From positions 34,254 to 98,253 of the forward strand of contig NW_019217947.1 in the NCBI RefSeq assembly GCF_002571385.2: a stretch of DNA of 64,000 nucleotides. The letters run 5' to 3'. A model generated the notes under the pieces. The model worked only from the letters and a program-made list of their open reading frames with translations. It was not told where the DNA came from and made no database searches. The translations under genes and the position numbers were made by a program. The first letter of the stretch is position 1, and the number at the start of each line of letters is the position of its first letter. The stretch comes from Stylophora pistillata (lineage: Eukaryota). Shown here in pieces: positions 37,601-49,600 of this stretch.

Positions 37601-40600
37601 TAAACTATGAAAGAAATAGTTGAAATTGATAAGGTACCATGCACCAGGTGCCTTGTTTTCTTGACTTAGTTTTAGTTTACTGGATTCGCCGACAGGCAGG
37701 GACACCACGACAGCTTGTGCCAATTTACTGCGGGCCCAGTAAACCCACCCATCCCACCCCCAGGGGAGGACATCCACCACACAGTAATCTCGTGCGTGAG
37801 AATTTAACGTCTCCTACCCCCAACCCTGCAGGAGACGGGACCTCCATTTATTCGTCCCTATCCAAGAAGACTTGAAAATCTAACCATTTCTTGATGTTAT
37901 CGAAAGGTAGCAAATTCTTCTCAATTATTTTAAGACCATGAGTGTTGGTCCGGCCGGGGCACGAACCCTCGACCTCCCACACAACGGTCCAGTGCACTAT
38001 CCATTGGGCTGACTTCTTTGCTGTTGAATCATATGATAAGGGGTGGAGAAGGTATTCCTTTACTGCCCACACTCTGAAACACTATTGCTCCTGTTTGCTT
38101 GGGTACAAAATCATGTCTTTGTTTTTTGATGAAATCAAGGACAAAAATCCAAGGTACAGTCTCAAAAATAGTAGAAACAGCAAGGAGTAATATTCATTAA
38201 GGGCAAACACGTGTACCTCTCAACCTACCAAGCAATGAAATCACTTTTGTTCAACTTAGTGTTAGTTTTAATTTATTCAGCATAGGCTTGTTTCCAATTC
38301 AAGGTAAGGTTGCCAAGGGACTCTGATTACTGGTGACAGGATTCAGTTGTAATGGCATGCATCCTCATCGGGCTTTGTGAGTGACCTTGAGGTCTTTTTC
38401 ATGCTCACAACTTCCAGCATGCTGAGCGGTCCTCAAACCCACAATTCTTTTGCTGATGATGATATTTTCTGAAGAAATTTTGCCTGCAATGGGCGAAAAG
38501 TGTACCTCCTTGCAAGTGAACTGTACAGTATGGTGTAGAAATGACCTGTGATGAAGTTTCAGTGGAACTACCATATTTTGAACTAAAAAATCTGGAATGA
38601 GTCAGTCAATGAACAAATTAGGGGATTTTTGTATAATTTTTGTGGCTACTACCTTCTATACAAGAGGAAGAAAAGCCAAACATATTACAGGGATATGTGA
38701 GGGTAAGAAGGTTACAGCTAGTAGAAGCCAGACTTAAAGCGATTATGACCAAATTTCATTTATGGTTTATCTCAGAGTCTCTTTGTTGTTTGAAATTCGC
38801 ACTAGAGACTACTGGGTGCAGCATGCACATAAGAAAGAAGAATGTGTTTAAAAAAATTATTTTTTGGGTAACAACACCCAAGATGTAATTTTCTCAATGT
38901 TAATTTCTGCGAGGCTACGTTCAAATCCCCTCATCATAGCCAGTAGCTCACACAATTGAAAAAACAAACAAAACTAAATAACACAAACCTTGCCTTGTAG
39001 GAGAAGCAAGCAAATGTAATGAGGGTATCATAGAAAGTTTGAAGAAAAATCTTACTATCGAAAATGGAGAATTATACTTTTCAGATAAGCAAACAGTTTT
39101 TAACAAAACCGAAGAAATAATCTTTTCAATGCTTGCTGCGAAACTATACAAGACAGGGATTACTTCACAAAGGCCTTTCGTGAATACGTGGTAAACAAAT
39201 AAAAAGACTGTTTATGTATATTTTGAAAATGGTTTGCAAAAGGAGTTCTTTGGGCCCAATAACAAGGAATTTAATATGTCAGGTTTGCTAGCTGATTCAC
39301 AACATTCTTTGACTGGGGCACTGGGAAACCAATTGCAAGGATCACTTGCTTTGATCTGCAAACAATCAACTATGAATAGTAAGGTAATTTCATTCTGTGT
39401 TTTACGAAAGGTTGATGTTGATGTCTGTGTTTTGTCTTTTCAGGATGAAGCAGCAAGTTTTGACTTTTTGGAGGGGGATAAAGATCCTTCATCAAGTGAT
39501 GACGCCGTTAGTGTAAGGTACAGGACCACTGTCATCTAGACAAAAAGACACTGTGATAGACTGATACTCGAAGCATGGGGTCAAAAAGTCAATTAAGCCT
39601 AGCCTATTTCTATGGGATTAAGTGAACCTCTGACTGAGCTCTTCTAAGTCAAATTAGTTACATCTTGATATGTCTACAATGTGAATTTTCCCCGTAGATA
39701 TAGTAACCCCCAATACCTATGCATCTGGGTATTATTGATTGTAATACGATTGCTTTTTCTGTGGCATACACAAAGTGTGTAGCCACATTATGGCACAATC
39801 GGATTCATTTATTTATTTATTTGTCCACGAGAGTCAAGTGCCTGTCACATGTCGTGTGCCGCACCAGTCTGAGTCAGCCATCTTGGTTGAAAGCGAGATC
39901 TCGAGTAATTTTTCCTTTTGATCGTATCACGAGTTAGTGCTCCTGACACACAAACCAACACACCCAGACCCGGCTTAATTGCGTTCGTAATTACTAAAAC
40001 AAGGAATGACCTAAAACCACCTACAACCATCTAAAACGACCTAAAACCACCTTCAGAATGCTATTGTGACAATTTGTGACAATTTTATTGACAAATTTCA
40101 ATGTAAATGCGCACCGGAAATGTTGTCGCATGTCGCGCATGTCATGACCAGGAAAAAACACAAAGAGAATTGTTTACACAGGAGCAGCACCAACAGCCAT
40201 GAGGTTTTTTAAGTAATAGATAGACTACGTTTTTGAGGCCAGAGTTTTCGAGGTCTGCGTTTTTGCAGTCTGCTTTGAGGTCAACTAGACACCAAGCAGG
40301 ACCCCCAGTAGCAGGAAATTTGATGAGGGTGCCTAATATAAAATTTTGCCTTTTGCTAAGAAATCGAAATCCGAGCAGCCATAATCATTTTAAATTGCTT
40401 CAAATTGGGCTGCGTAGTGAGCGTACAACAAAAAGACAAAACAGTTTAAAATGAGATACTATTATTCAAAGAAAAAAAACTTAATTGACTGAGAACAGGA
40501 AACTGGGAAAAAAACAATGACAGTTAAAACAATGTGACATCTCTGATAAACAGAACTTGCAAACCTCGCGAGATGCATATAGCTTACAAATTCCCTACAA

Positions 40601-43600
40601 TTACCGCAGTTGCAAGCAGCATCCCTACGAGTACCACACGCGTAATAGATCGAGTCAATCAGCTCTCGGAACCTGCTACATGCTGGCTTTAATTTGTTCC
40701 GATTTTAGTTCTTGGTCACTGTTATATTACAAAACCTCATTAAATTTCCTGCTACTGGGGGTCCTGCTTGGTGTCCAGTTGACCTCAAAGCAGACCGCGG
40801 AAATGCAGACGTCGAAAACTCAGACCTTGAAAACACTGACCTAGAAAACGTAGTCTATCTATTACTCAAAAAACCTTAAGTCTCTTGGTGCTGCTCCTGT
40901 GTAAACAATTCTCTTCGTGTTTTTCCCTGGTCATGACATGCGAGACATGCGACAACATTTCCAGTGTGCATTGTCACAAATTGTCACAATAGTATTCTGA
41001 AGGTGGTTTTAGATGGTTGTAGGTGGTTGTAAGTGGTTTTAGGTCATTCCTTGTTTTAGTAATAATGGGCTTGAGTTATAACTGCAGCTTATGCAAGAGC
41101 TTTTACACTTTTAAAAGACAACATTTAACTACTTGAATCTTCTGTACGGGTTGTACTATGCTGAAAGAAGTCATTGCACTACTGCAAGCCAACAACTATC
41201 AGTTTGATCTATCGGTGCGGGTTGCAACACTGAGTGTCTGAAAGTGTTTGGAGCCAAATGAAAGAGCCATAAGGTGAAATAAGTTGTATTGTAGTTGCAT
41301 TCTCCTTGCATTGTTGAGAATTCATGAGGCATATTTCAGAATGTTAAAAGTAAGAAAGAAAGTAAGAAATTCTTTGTTCAGAGAATAGATACTATCCGCA
41401 CGCAACTTGACACCGATCAGCAGACTGACTCAGATCCAGAAGATGACATTTCTTCTGCTGATAAAATTGTGCCACCATTCTTTACTTTTACGATGCTATC
41501 AGTTCGAGATGTTAAACAGCTTATCCAGAACTCTACCCCTAAATCCTGCCCTCTTGACCCTATGCCGTCCACACTGGTTAGCAAATGTGAGGATCTTTTT
41601 CCAGTTCTCACAAAGATCGTTAACAACTCATTACAGTCCGGATGTTCTCCTGAAATTTGGAAAGAGGCTTTAGTTTTTCTATTTTTAAAGAAACCCGGTC
41701 TTGATGTCATCTTTGAGAACTTCCGTCCTGTGAGCAATTTGTCTTTTGTGTCTAAGCTCATTGAAAGGGCTGTTTTCAATCAGATTCATGGTCACCTTGT
41801 TTGTAATAACTTATACCCAGTTGCGCAGTCGGCTTCTAGAAGAAATCACAGCACTGAAACAGCACTTTTGAAAGTAATGAACGATATTCTGTTAAAAATG
41901 AACAAACAGCACGTGACTATCGTTGTACTGCTTGATCTCAAGGCTGCTTTCGATACCGTTGATCATAGCATTCTCCTTAACAGATTATCGTCCAAACTTG
42001 GTTCGAATGGCACGGCTCTTGCCTGGTTTCGATCTTATTGTCTGGCCGTTCCCAGCGAGTGTCTGTTCGGGTAGCTGTATCTGATAAGTTCGACCTGCGA
42101 TATAGTGTTCGTCAAGGCTCGTGTCTCGGCCCACTTCTCTTTACAGTTTATGCAAGCGCACTGTTTGATGTCGTGGAGAAGTACCCCCCAACTGTCCATT
42201 GTTATGCCGATGACTCTCAGTTATATATCTCGTTTAGTCCCACGGCGCACTCTGGCCAGGCTGATGCAGTCTCTTCTATCGAACATTGCATTCAGGACAT
42301 CGGGCAGAGGATGTCTCAAGACAGGTTGCTCATGAATGATGCCAAAACGGAACTTCTTTTGATCGGCACCAGACAGCAACTTGCTAAAATCACAATTGAT
42401 GGCATAATTGTTGGACACTGTCATTACTCCACAATCTCCCGTTCGGAATCTGGGTATGTGGTTAGATTCTAACCTATCAATGGGTGATCACATAACGAAA
42501 ACAAGCTCTGCAGCATTCTATTATTTGTATAATATCAGGAGGATAAGGAAGTACCTTAGCAAAAAATGTACTGAAACTCTGATACATGCTTTTATTTCTA
42601 GCCCCCTTGACTATTGTAATAGCCTCTTATACGGCTTACCAGCGTATCAGATTCAAAAACTGCAAAGAGTCCAGAACTCTGCCGCACGTCTTGTATTTGA
42701 AGAAAGTAAATTTTGTCATATTACACCATTACTGAGAGCCCTACACTGGTTACCCGTAGCATATCCAATTGTTTTTAAAATTTCATTGTTAACTTTTAAG
42801 GCCATTCATATGCTTGCTCCGACTTACATTTCCTATCTTTTATCTCTGAAAGACACAGGGGGTAGGTACTATCTTAGATCAAATGACGGCAAACTTCTTA
42901 ACATTCCACCATGTAAGTCTCTTTTCACGCTTGGTGATCGATCTCTTTATATGGCTGCTCCTAAATTATTGGAACGATCTTCCCCTTTTTATTAGAAATA
43001 GATCTTCACTTAATGCTGTCAAGAGGGCTCGTAAAACTCATTTTTTCCAGAAGGCGTTTCCCAGCTAATTTATTGTTTTTATTCTTTTCATAAAGAAGGA
43101 TTTGTAAGTAGGACTTTAAAGATTGATTAGTTATTGTAAATAAGATTTTTTGTTAATTGGAATATGTTTAGGATTTTAAGATTTTGTTGGGTCAATGCAA
43201 TGCGCAGATGAAAATTTTTTTCTTTGGATTGATATTTGCGCAATACAAATCAATAAATATTATATTATTATATTTACGCAAGATCAGGTCCTTTGGAAAG
43301 TTGTAGAAAGAAACAAGCCTTCCGTTGACATCTAAATAGCCAGTTTGCGTGCATTTCGGCACACAGCAGTACGTTGGCATGATGAAAAAGCTCTATATGA
43401 TCCTATATGGACAGACTCGATGTTGATGCCTCGATTAGCTTCGCTATATTGCAGGTAGTCTTAATTCATAAGTTAAATTGTGATTATAAATAAAAAAAAT
43501 GTTGTTGTTGTTGTTGTTGTTGATGGTATGTATACTGACTAGCCTCGTTTTCGATTATTTTCACCACCAGTCCATCCGCGCGAGCCGAGCTGTCCGCCAT

Positions 43601-46600
43601 TTTTCGAATCGGTGTTATGATAGTAGAGAGATTAAGCACCACGTATTTTTTTCCCGCGAACGGCGTAGAGGGTCACGTGACCTGACATTTCCCACGTTTG
43701 CCGTTTCTACTCGAGGAGGACATTTTTCCCGTTTGTAGGGAACGCGAAAACGCGAGTATTTGCAGCCCGTTTTTACCGACTATTTCTACATTTTGATCGC
43801 TTGCTTTTATAGCTAAGCTTCGTTTATCATCTTACTTCTATATGAACTGCTTGTAAAGCTAATTGAGTTGAAATTCAAGCACAAAATACATTACTTCTTT
43901 GTATCCATTATTTCGAGTCGCAGTGAATGATGACCTAGTTCCCAGTTCTGCCGTGTCGTCGGGAAGCTTAAACAGACGAACATCGCGAACGGAACGGCAA
44001 ACGACAAACGTCTAGCTGACGTTCAGTGTTCGCCGTTTTCGCGGTGCTTAATCTAACGTAGTTTCTGGTTGTTTTACGGATTGTAGTCTTTTGAACAGTC
44101 GTAATTCGACTTAGCAGAAATTTTACGTTAAGGATTCAACTGTACTTTGGAAGTTTTTTGACCAGCTTACACCTTAATCAATTGCCAGTGTGAACATTCA
44201 ACTTTACCTTGGGATTAAGGGTGGTAAGGTTTTCTTCAAACTCTTTGTATTTTGTACTTCATGCAAAGACTTTGCACCCGCCCACGAAATTCCAGGCGTT
44301 GGTCACTCCGAGTACGATCTGGCAGTCCATGGTTTTCGTATATTTTGTTTAGTTCCCGAGCTACACTCTAACTTGACATCTTCGTCATATGCGCGAGCCA
44401 TAGATAATAAGTAAACGCATCCATGACAGAAAGAATGTACTTCTAGGTCTTCCCGGTAAACCCGAGTGGCTGCTTAAGTCAATCAAAGGAATATGGTGTT
44501 GAGATTTTTATGTTCTGACAGGCTGTGGTACACCTTTGTTTTGTAAGTAGTGGGTTGTGACCACCATGTTTAACATTGCTTGACGGGACTTTCCTTGTCC
44601 CTTCCTTCGTTAAGTCCTTTATAACTGTCCTCTGATCCATGCTGTAGGTTTTTGTAACCTGCCGAATTGGTTTCTTTGAATTTTCTCGAAACAATTCCAG
44701 AAACATTCGACTTCTTTCCTTGCATTGAAATATCGCGTGAGGCTTACCTAAGGTCTGAGGGTAGAAAGTTCCTTCCTCCTCCAGAACTGAATCACAGCAA
44801 CTCTCCTGAGAGCTCGGCCACTTACACAAATAAAGTTATCTTTAGATGAGAATTAACATCGTCTCATACGTATCGTCACCTACAGTGTGCAAAAAGTATC
44901 GAGCCCTTTTTTTCTTTCTCTCCACCCTCTTCCTGTTTTTTACAACAGAAAAATTATCTTCACTTTGGGCTCCTCAAACTTCCTTTAACAGAAAGCAAGG
45001 TGATAAGTCTCGTGGTGCGAGCCATTGAGAATTTAATTATGTTTAAGTAGAAGTCAAGTCATGATTTCTGGGTCAAGGCCATCAAACTCCTGCTTGACTT
45101 AGACCAGAAAGTTTGGCCTCAACGTTCTAACTCGTGCCAATACCATTTTTTCTTCGTTTATCTGTTTTTTTGAGTCAAAATTACGATTATTGCAATTTTT
45201 CTTTTTGCAAATTTTGCAATAGGAGGATCATTGCAAAATGTCAGAGCCCTTGTTACAAAATACGTAGGTCATCTTCAGTAGTACAAAATGCTGCAATAGT
45301 TATTGCAAGGTTCATGAATTTTTACAAAATGCCAGAACCATATTTCAAAATGCGTCATTATTGCAAAATGCTGCAGAATAACAATTTTCCAAGCTTTCGC
45401 GAATCCTCAGCATGGAAGATGATTATCGATCATTGCTTGGAGGCTTGTTTTTTAATTTTTACAGTAAGTTGAGGTCACATTGGAAACTAAGATACCAGTG
45501 GTAGTAATGTTTGCAAGGTTTCCTGAGTTGTCTCCTTTCTCAGACTTCCAGCCTTTTTGCTCTATCGTCTTCAGGGCAGGAGGGTTTAGCACATCCAAGG
45601 CCAACTTCAGTCATTAAGCACGAATATCCAGCTCAATTAGTGATGGGTAAAGATCTAAAAGCAGAGATAATACACAGCCGTTTATATTTATTTGATTGTT
45701 ATCTAAAGTGAACAATTTTTCTCTTAACCAGCCATGGTAACAGTTGTGCAGGTATTATTGCAGCAGTGGCAAATAATTCTTTCTGTGGCATTGGAATAGC
45801 TTATTCTGCAAGAATTGCTGGTGAGTTTTATAATGACTTTCATCTATATCGTTAAGCTGAACTAGGATCTATCCATTAATGTGTTAGTCGGCCGGGAGAA
45901 AGTGTTCCAGAGGTTGGAATATGGGTTAACCAATTTATTCGTTGCTCCTTATTCGTTATTCGTTACGGTGGCCAATTTACAATTTCATCTTAGTTGATGT
46001 AACCAAATTACAGTTTTGATGAAACTTGTTGCGAAGATTGATTTTGGTAAAATATTTCAGGGGCCTCATTTTATGCGTCCAGATAATGAAAAATCATATT
46101 AGCACTGGATTAAGATAAACAAAATAAGCATATTCACTTATTTATTTCTCCCACTTTTTGACTCCATCGCTGAAATTGTCCAAAGATTTGAAACTTTGGA
46201 AGTCAGCTCCATGCAATTTGTTTTATGCAATATTAATGTGGGAAATCCCAAGGTAGCCACTTAGGTAGCCAATTAGAACACAGGATTAGCCTCGTATTGC
46301 CCACAGGTGCTGTGAGCTGTATGATTTAAGGACTGTTACTTTCTGCTACACATGCTACATACATACTAAATACATATTACCACTTCATACACAGTTGGTT
46401 ACCCCGCAGTACAATACAACAACACCAGACTCGAAATGCAGACATTGATGACGCCCTGGTAACGTGAAATCTTCAGTTTATTTTTTTTTTCTGCTCTATG
46501 TTCCAGGTATTAGGATTTTGGGTAAAAACGCACTCACTGATAACTTAAAAGCAAAGGGCATCAGTTTTAAGCCGGATTATGTGGACATATATTCCAATAG

Positions 46601-49600
46601 TTGGGGCCCTTCAGATAGTGGGTTTGAAATCGGAGAAGCTGGTGTGGTTACTGAAGAAGCCCTTAAGCAAGGTGCAGTCAAGGTAGGACATCATTGTTTT
46701 AAATTTGTGGAGTCAGTTGCAAATTGACCGTGATATTCATTGTGTAATATTTATCACTCCCTGTAAGGGTTTTATGTTAACAATAACATCTGTTTTGCAT
46801 GAAATGATGCTTGCATGTTTGTCTGTGGAGATGATCTCCCAGATGCCAACAGTTTTCCAAAAAGACTTGTAAGCTTTGAGGAACAAATAATATCTAACAA
46901 CAAACATACAGTCAAGCCTTCTTCTGAGTCAAAGGGAGGCTACCATGTTTTTTACTGTGCAAAATATTTCTGAAGCGGGCTAGACTGAATGATTTCACAG
47001 TATTGCTCTAAATGTTTAACGTATGGGATGTTTCCTTGGTGGGGTTCTCTTGTTTGATTCATGAACAGTTTGATAGTTTCAGGAATATCACCCCTAGAAT
47101 GTCTTTGGATGTTACCCAGTTTTTGTTAGGACGTTTAGACCAGCGCGAAAACATGTGAAGATTTAGGGCGAGCAGTGTTTTATGTGTATGAGGTGCATCA
47201 AGCGAGAATGCGTGAAAATTAACCTTAAGAAGTTGACCTCCAATACTTGCCTATATCACAAATAGTAATGGTATCTATTAACTGCATAATTGTATAGTGC
47301 TGAAATTCGTTTCCTGGCCTAAGCGCTTTCTATTAAGATGACAATTAAAGTTCCTAAATGATCATAATTGTAAATGAAAGCTAAACATTAACAATATGTG
47401 TTTAAAAAAAATGAATAAATACTTCGTGAAAAGTCTGTACATTTAACAAGTAAAGAAGCCTTGAATATGCTCTGTTCTGCTGTAAAGTACATAGGAAGCA
47501 ACTAGAGCACAAAAGGAGTGGAAACACACGACATAGTAAATTGTTTCTCTTTACTTCCTGAGTAAAATGAAAGTGAAATGTTTTGTGAAATCCGACTAAA
47601 CTGTGGCTCGTGAAAACCCATAAGCTTTTTTAACATAGCAATTGAAAAACAAACTGTTCAAGGCCCTGTGGTTTATAAAATAACAACAGCCAAATTCACA
47701 GGAACATGAAGTGACAGCGTCAGTAAAATTCGGCTGCTGTGACTGTTGTGGCTTTCCACTTAACACATCGGAGAGGATATCAGAGCAAATTCTTATTTGT
47801 TCACTCAAAGGACAGGCGATGTAATTTCTGAGGCTTTACCAAAGATCGCCATGATGAGCTAGCCACGATGGAGCACAGCATGATCACACTCTCTCTGAAA
47901 CCATGATTTGTATACATTTTAAGAGTTATACCAGTTTGGTTATATTTTCACTACTCCTGTTTTGTTCTGAAGCAACATATACTACACGAGTGTTTCCTGT
48001 GGTTGAGTTTTATTACCACTTAAGCTTATGACAATCTAACTGTGTGGAAACCTTGAAAACTTAGACGGTCCATTTTGTTTTCTATCAGCTGATTTTTGTC
48101 TCTGCCCACGTTATAATTTCAACAATTGCGACGTTTGACATGTTCGCAAACCTTTGTTTGGTTCTTCTGTTCTTACTTGTCGGTTTGCTGGTTCCAAAAT
48201 TTACATTCTATCTCTGGTAATTTGTGCTGTGAGCTACAAGCTGTTTTGTATCAATTAAAGCCAAGAGCTTGTTTCTATATTTGTTCTACAGATCATGCGA
48301 GACTTGTGTGTATCCAAAATTTTGGTTTAAATTGTATTTACGCACAAGTCGGTAGTGGCAGAAATCACACAAGTGAGCACAGTGATCAACTGAGATTTCT
48401 GTTACAAGCCGATGAGTCTGAAAATACCAAATGGACAGACTTTCCATGATGCATTAAGTTTATTCAGTTATAAACATTTGGAGATTCAATTCTTATTTAA
48501 TGCTAATTTATTGTTTAACAGATTCAAGTTAAAGGCTCATAAATAAATCAAGATGTGTACCATATAAATTTCCCTGCTGATAGAAATAATGCAAAACTAC
48601 CAACACCATGTGCAAAATACTAAAATACCTCTTAATATTTGAAACAAAGCATCTTTAGTATCTTTTTTTAACTTCAAGGAGACTTTTCCGCTCTTTTGTG
48701 TTCTTATTCTAATATTGTAAATTTGTGTAACAATAGGACCACGCGCTCGATAGTACTTAAGCAAGTACGTTGTAAAACTTTGTTCCTTACATTTTTGATT
48801 ACATCCTCGAATTCATTTAGTGATTACTAAGTTGACGACGCTAGAGGTCATGTCGTTTGTAGGCCTGACCTGGAATAAAAGTTACTGTAGAACCAAATGC
48901 TGTCTCCCCATTGACGTCCGTAAAAGCTCGCTTGAAGTAGATCGCCGTGTATGAGGAAATCGTGACGAGTTTCCGTTCTCGCTGCCGAGTCGTCTCTACC
49001 AAGCTAGTTTCCCCCATTGTTGTTGTGCCTTCCGTGAGAGTTTAGTTTGTTTGCGAAAACGTATCGTCACATTCGACCAGCTTGTGAATGACAATTTATT
49101 TCGTGTCATTTCAGTATGTAAATCTCATGATGTCTATAATGAAAAGAAATGCATATGAATTTAATTTTAATTTGTAATAAATGTGTTTCAGGTCATCATG
49201 ACCTCATTGTTGAAATTTTAATTTAGGAGGTTCTAGGTAATTTCAATTTTAAAATGTACTACAACAAGGTTACTTGTTGTGTGTTAAGTAAATGGTAGGA
49301 CAGTAGAGGGATTCTAGAAGTACCGTGCAAAAGTAATGCAGACGATAATTACCGATTAGAGCATTAATCGAGACATGTTAGCAATATTTGTGTGATATTT
49401 CAGTTGGGACGATGTACAGGCAGTATATCGCAGGGCTATTGTTGTAACAGCCGCGATATATCGCCGATGATGAGCACCTCGCAAATTATCCTTTTCCCTA
49501 AGTGATATATCATTTAATCCAAACGATTTATCACTACAGCTCAACGATATATTATTTTGGCTTCCTCGATATATCTTTTACATCCAACAACATATCACTA

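Noticed and set aside
38640-39200. Possible second Ginger-like N-terminal remnant
   Set aside because: Similarity too weak and no catalytic core
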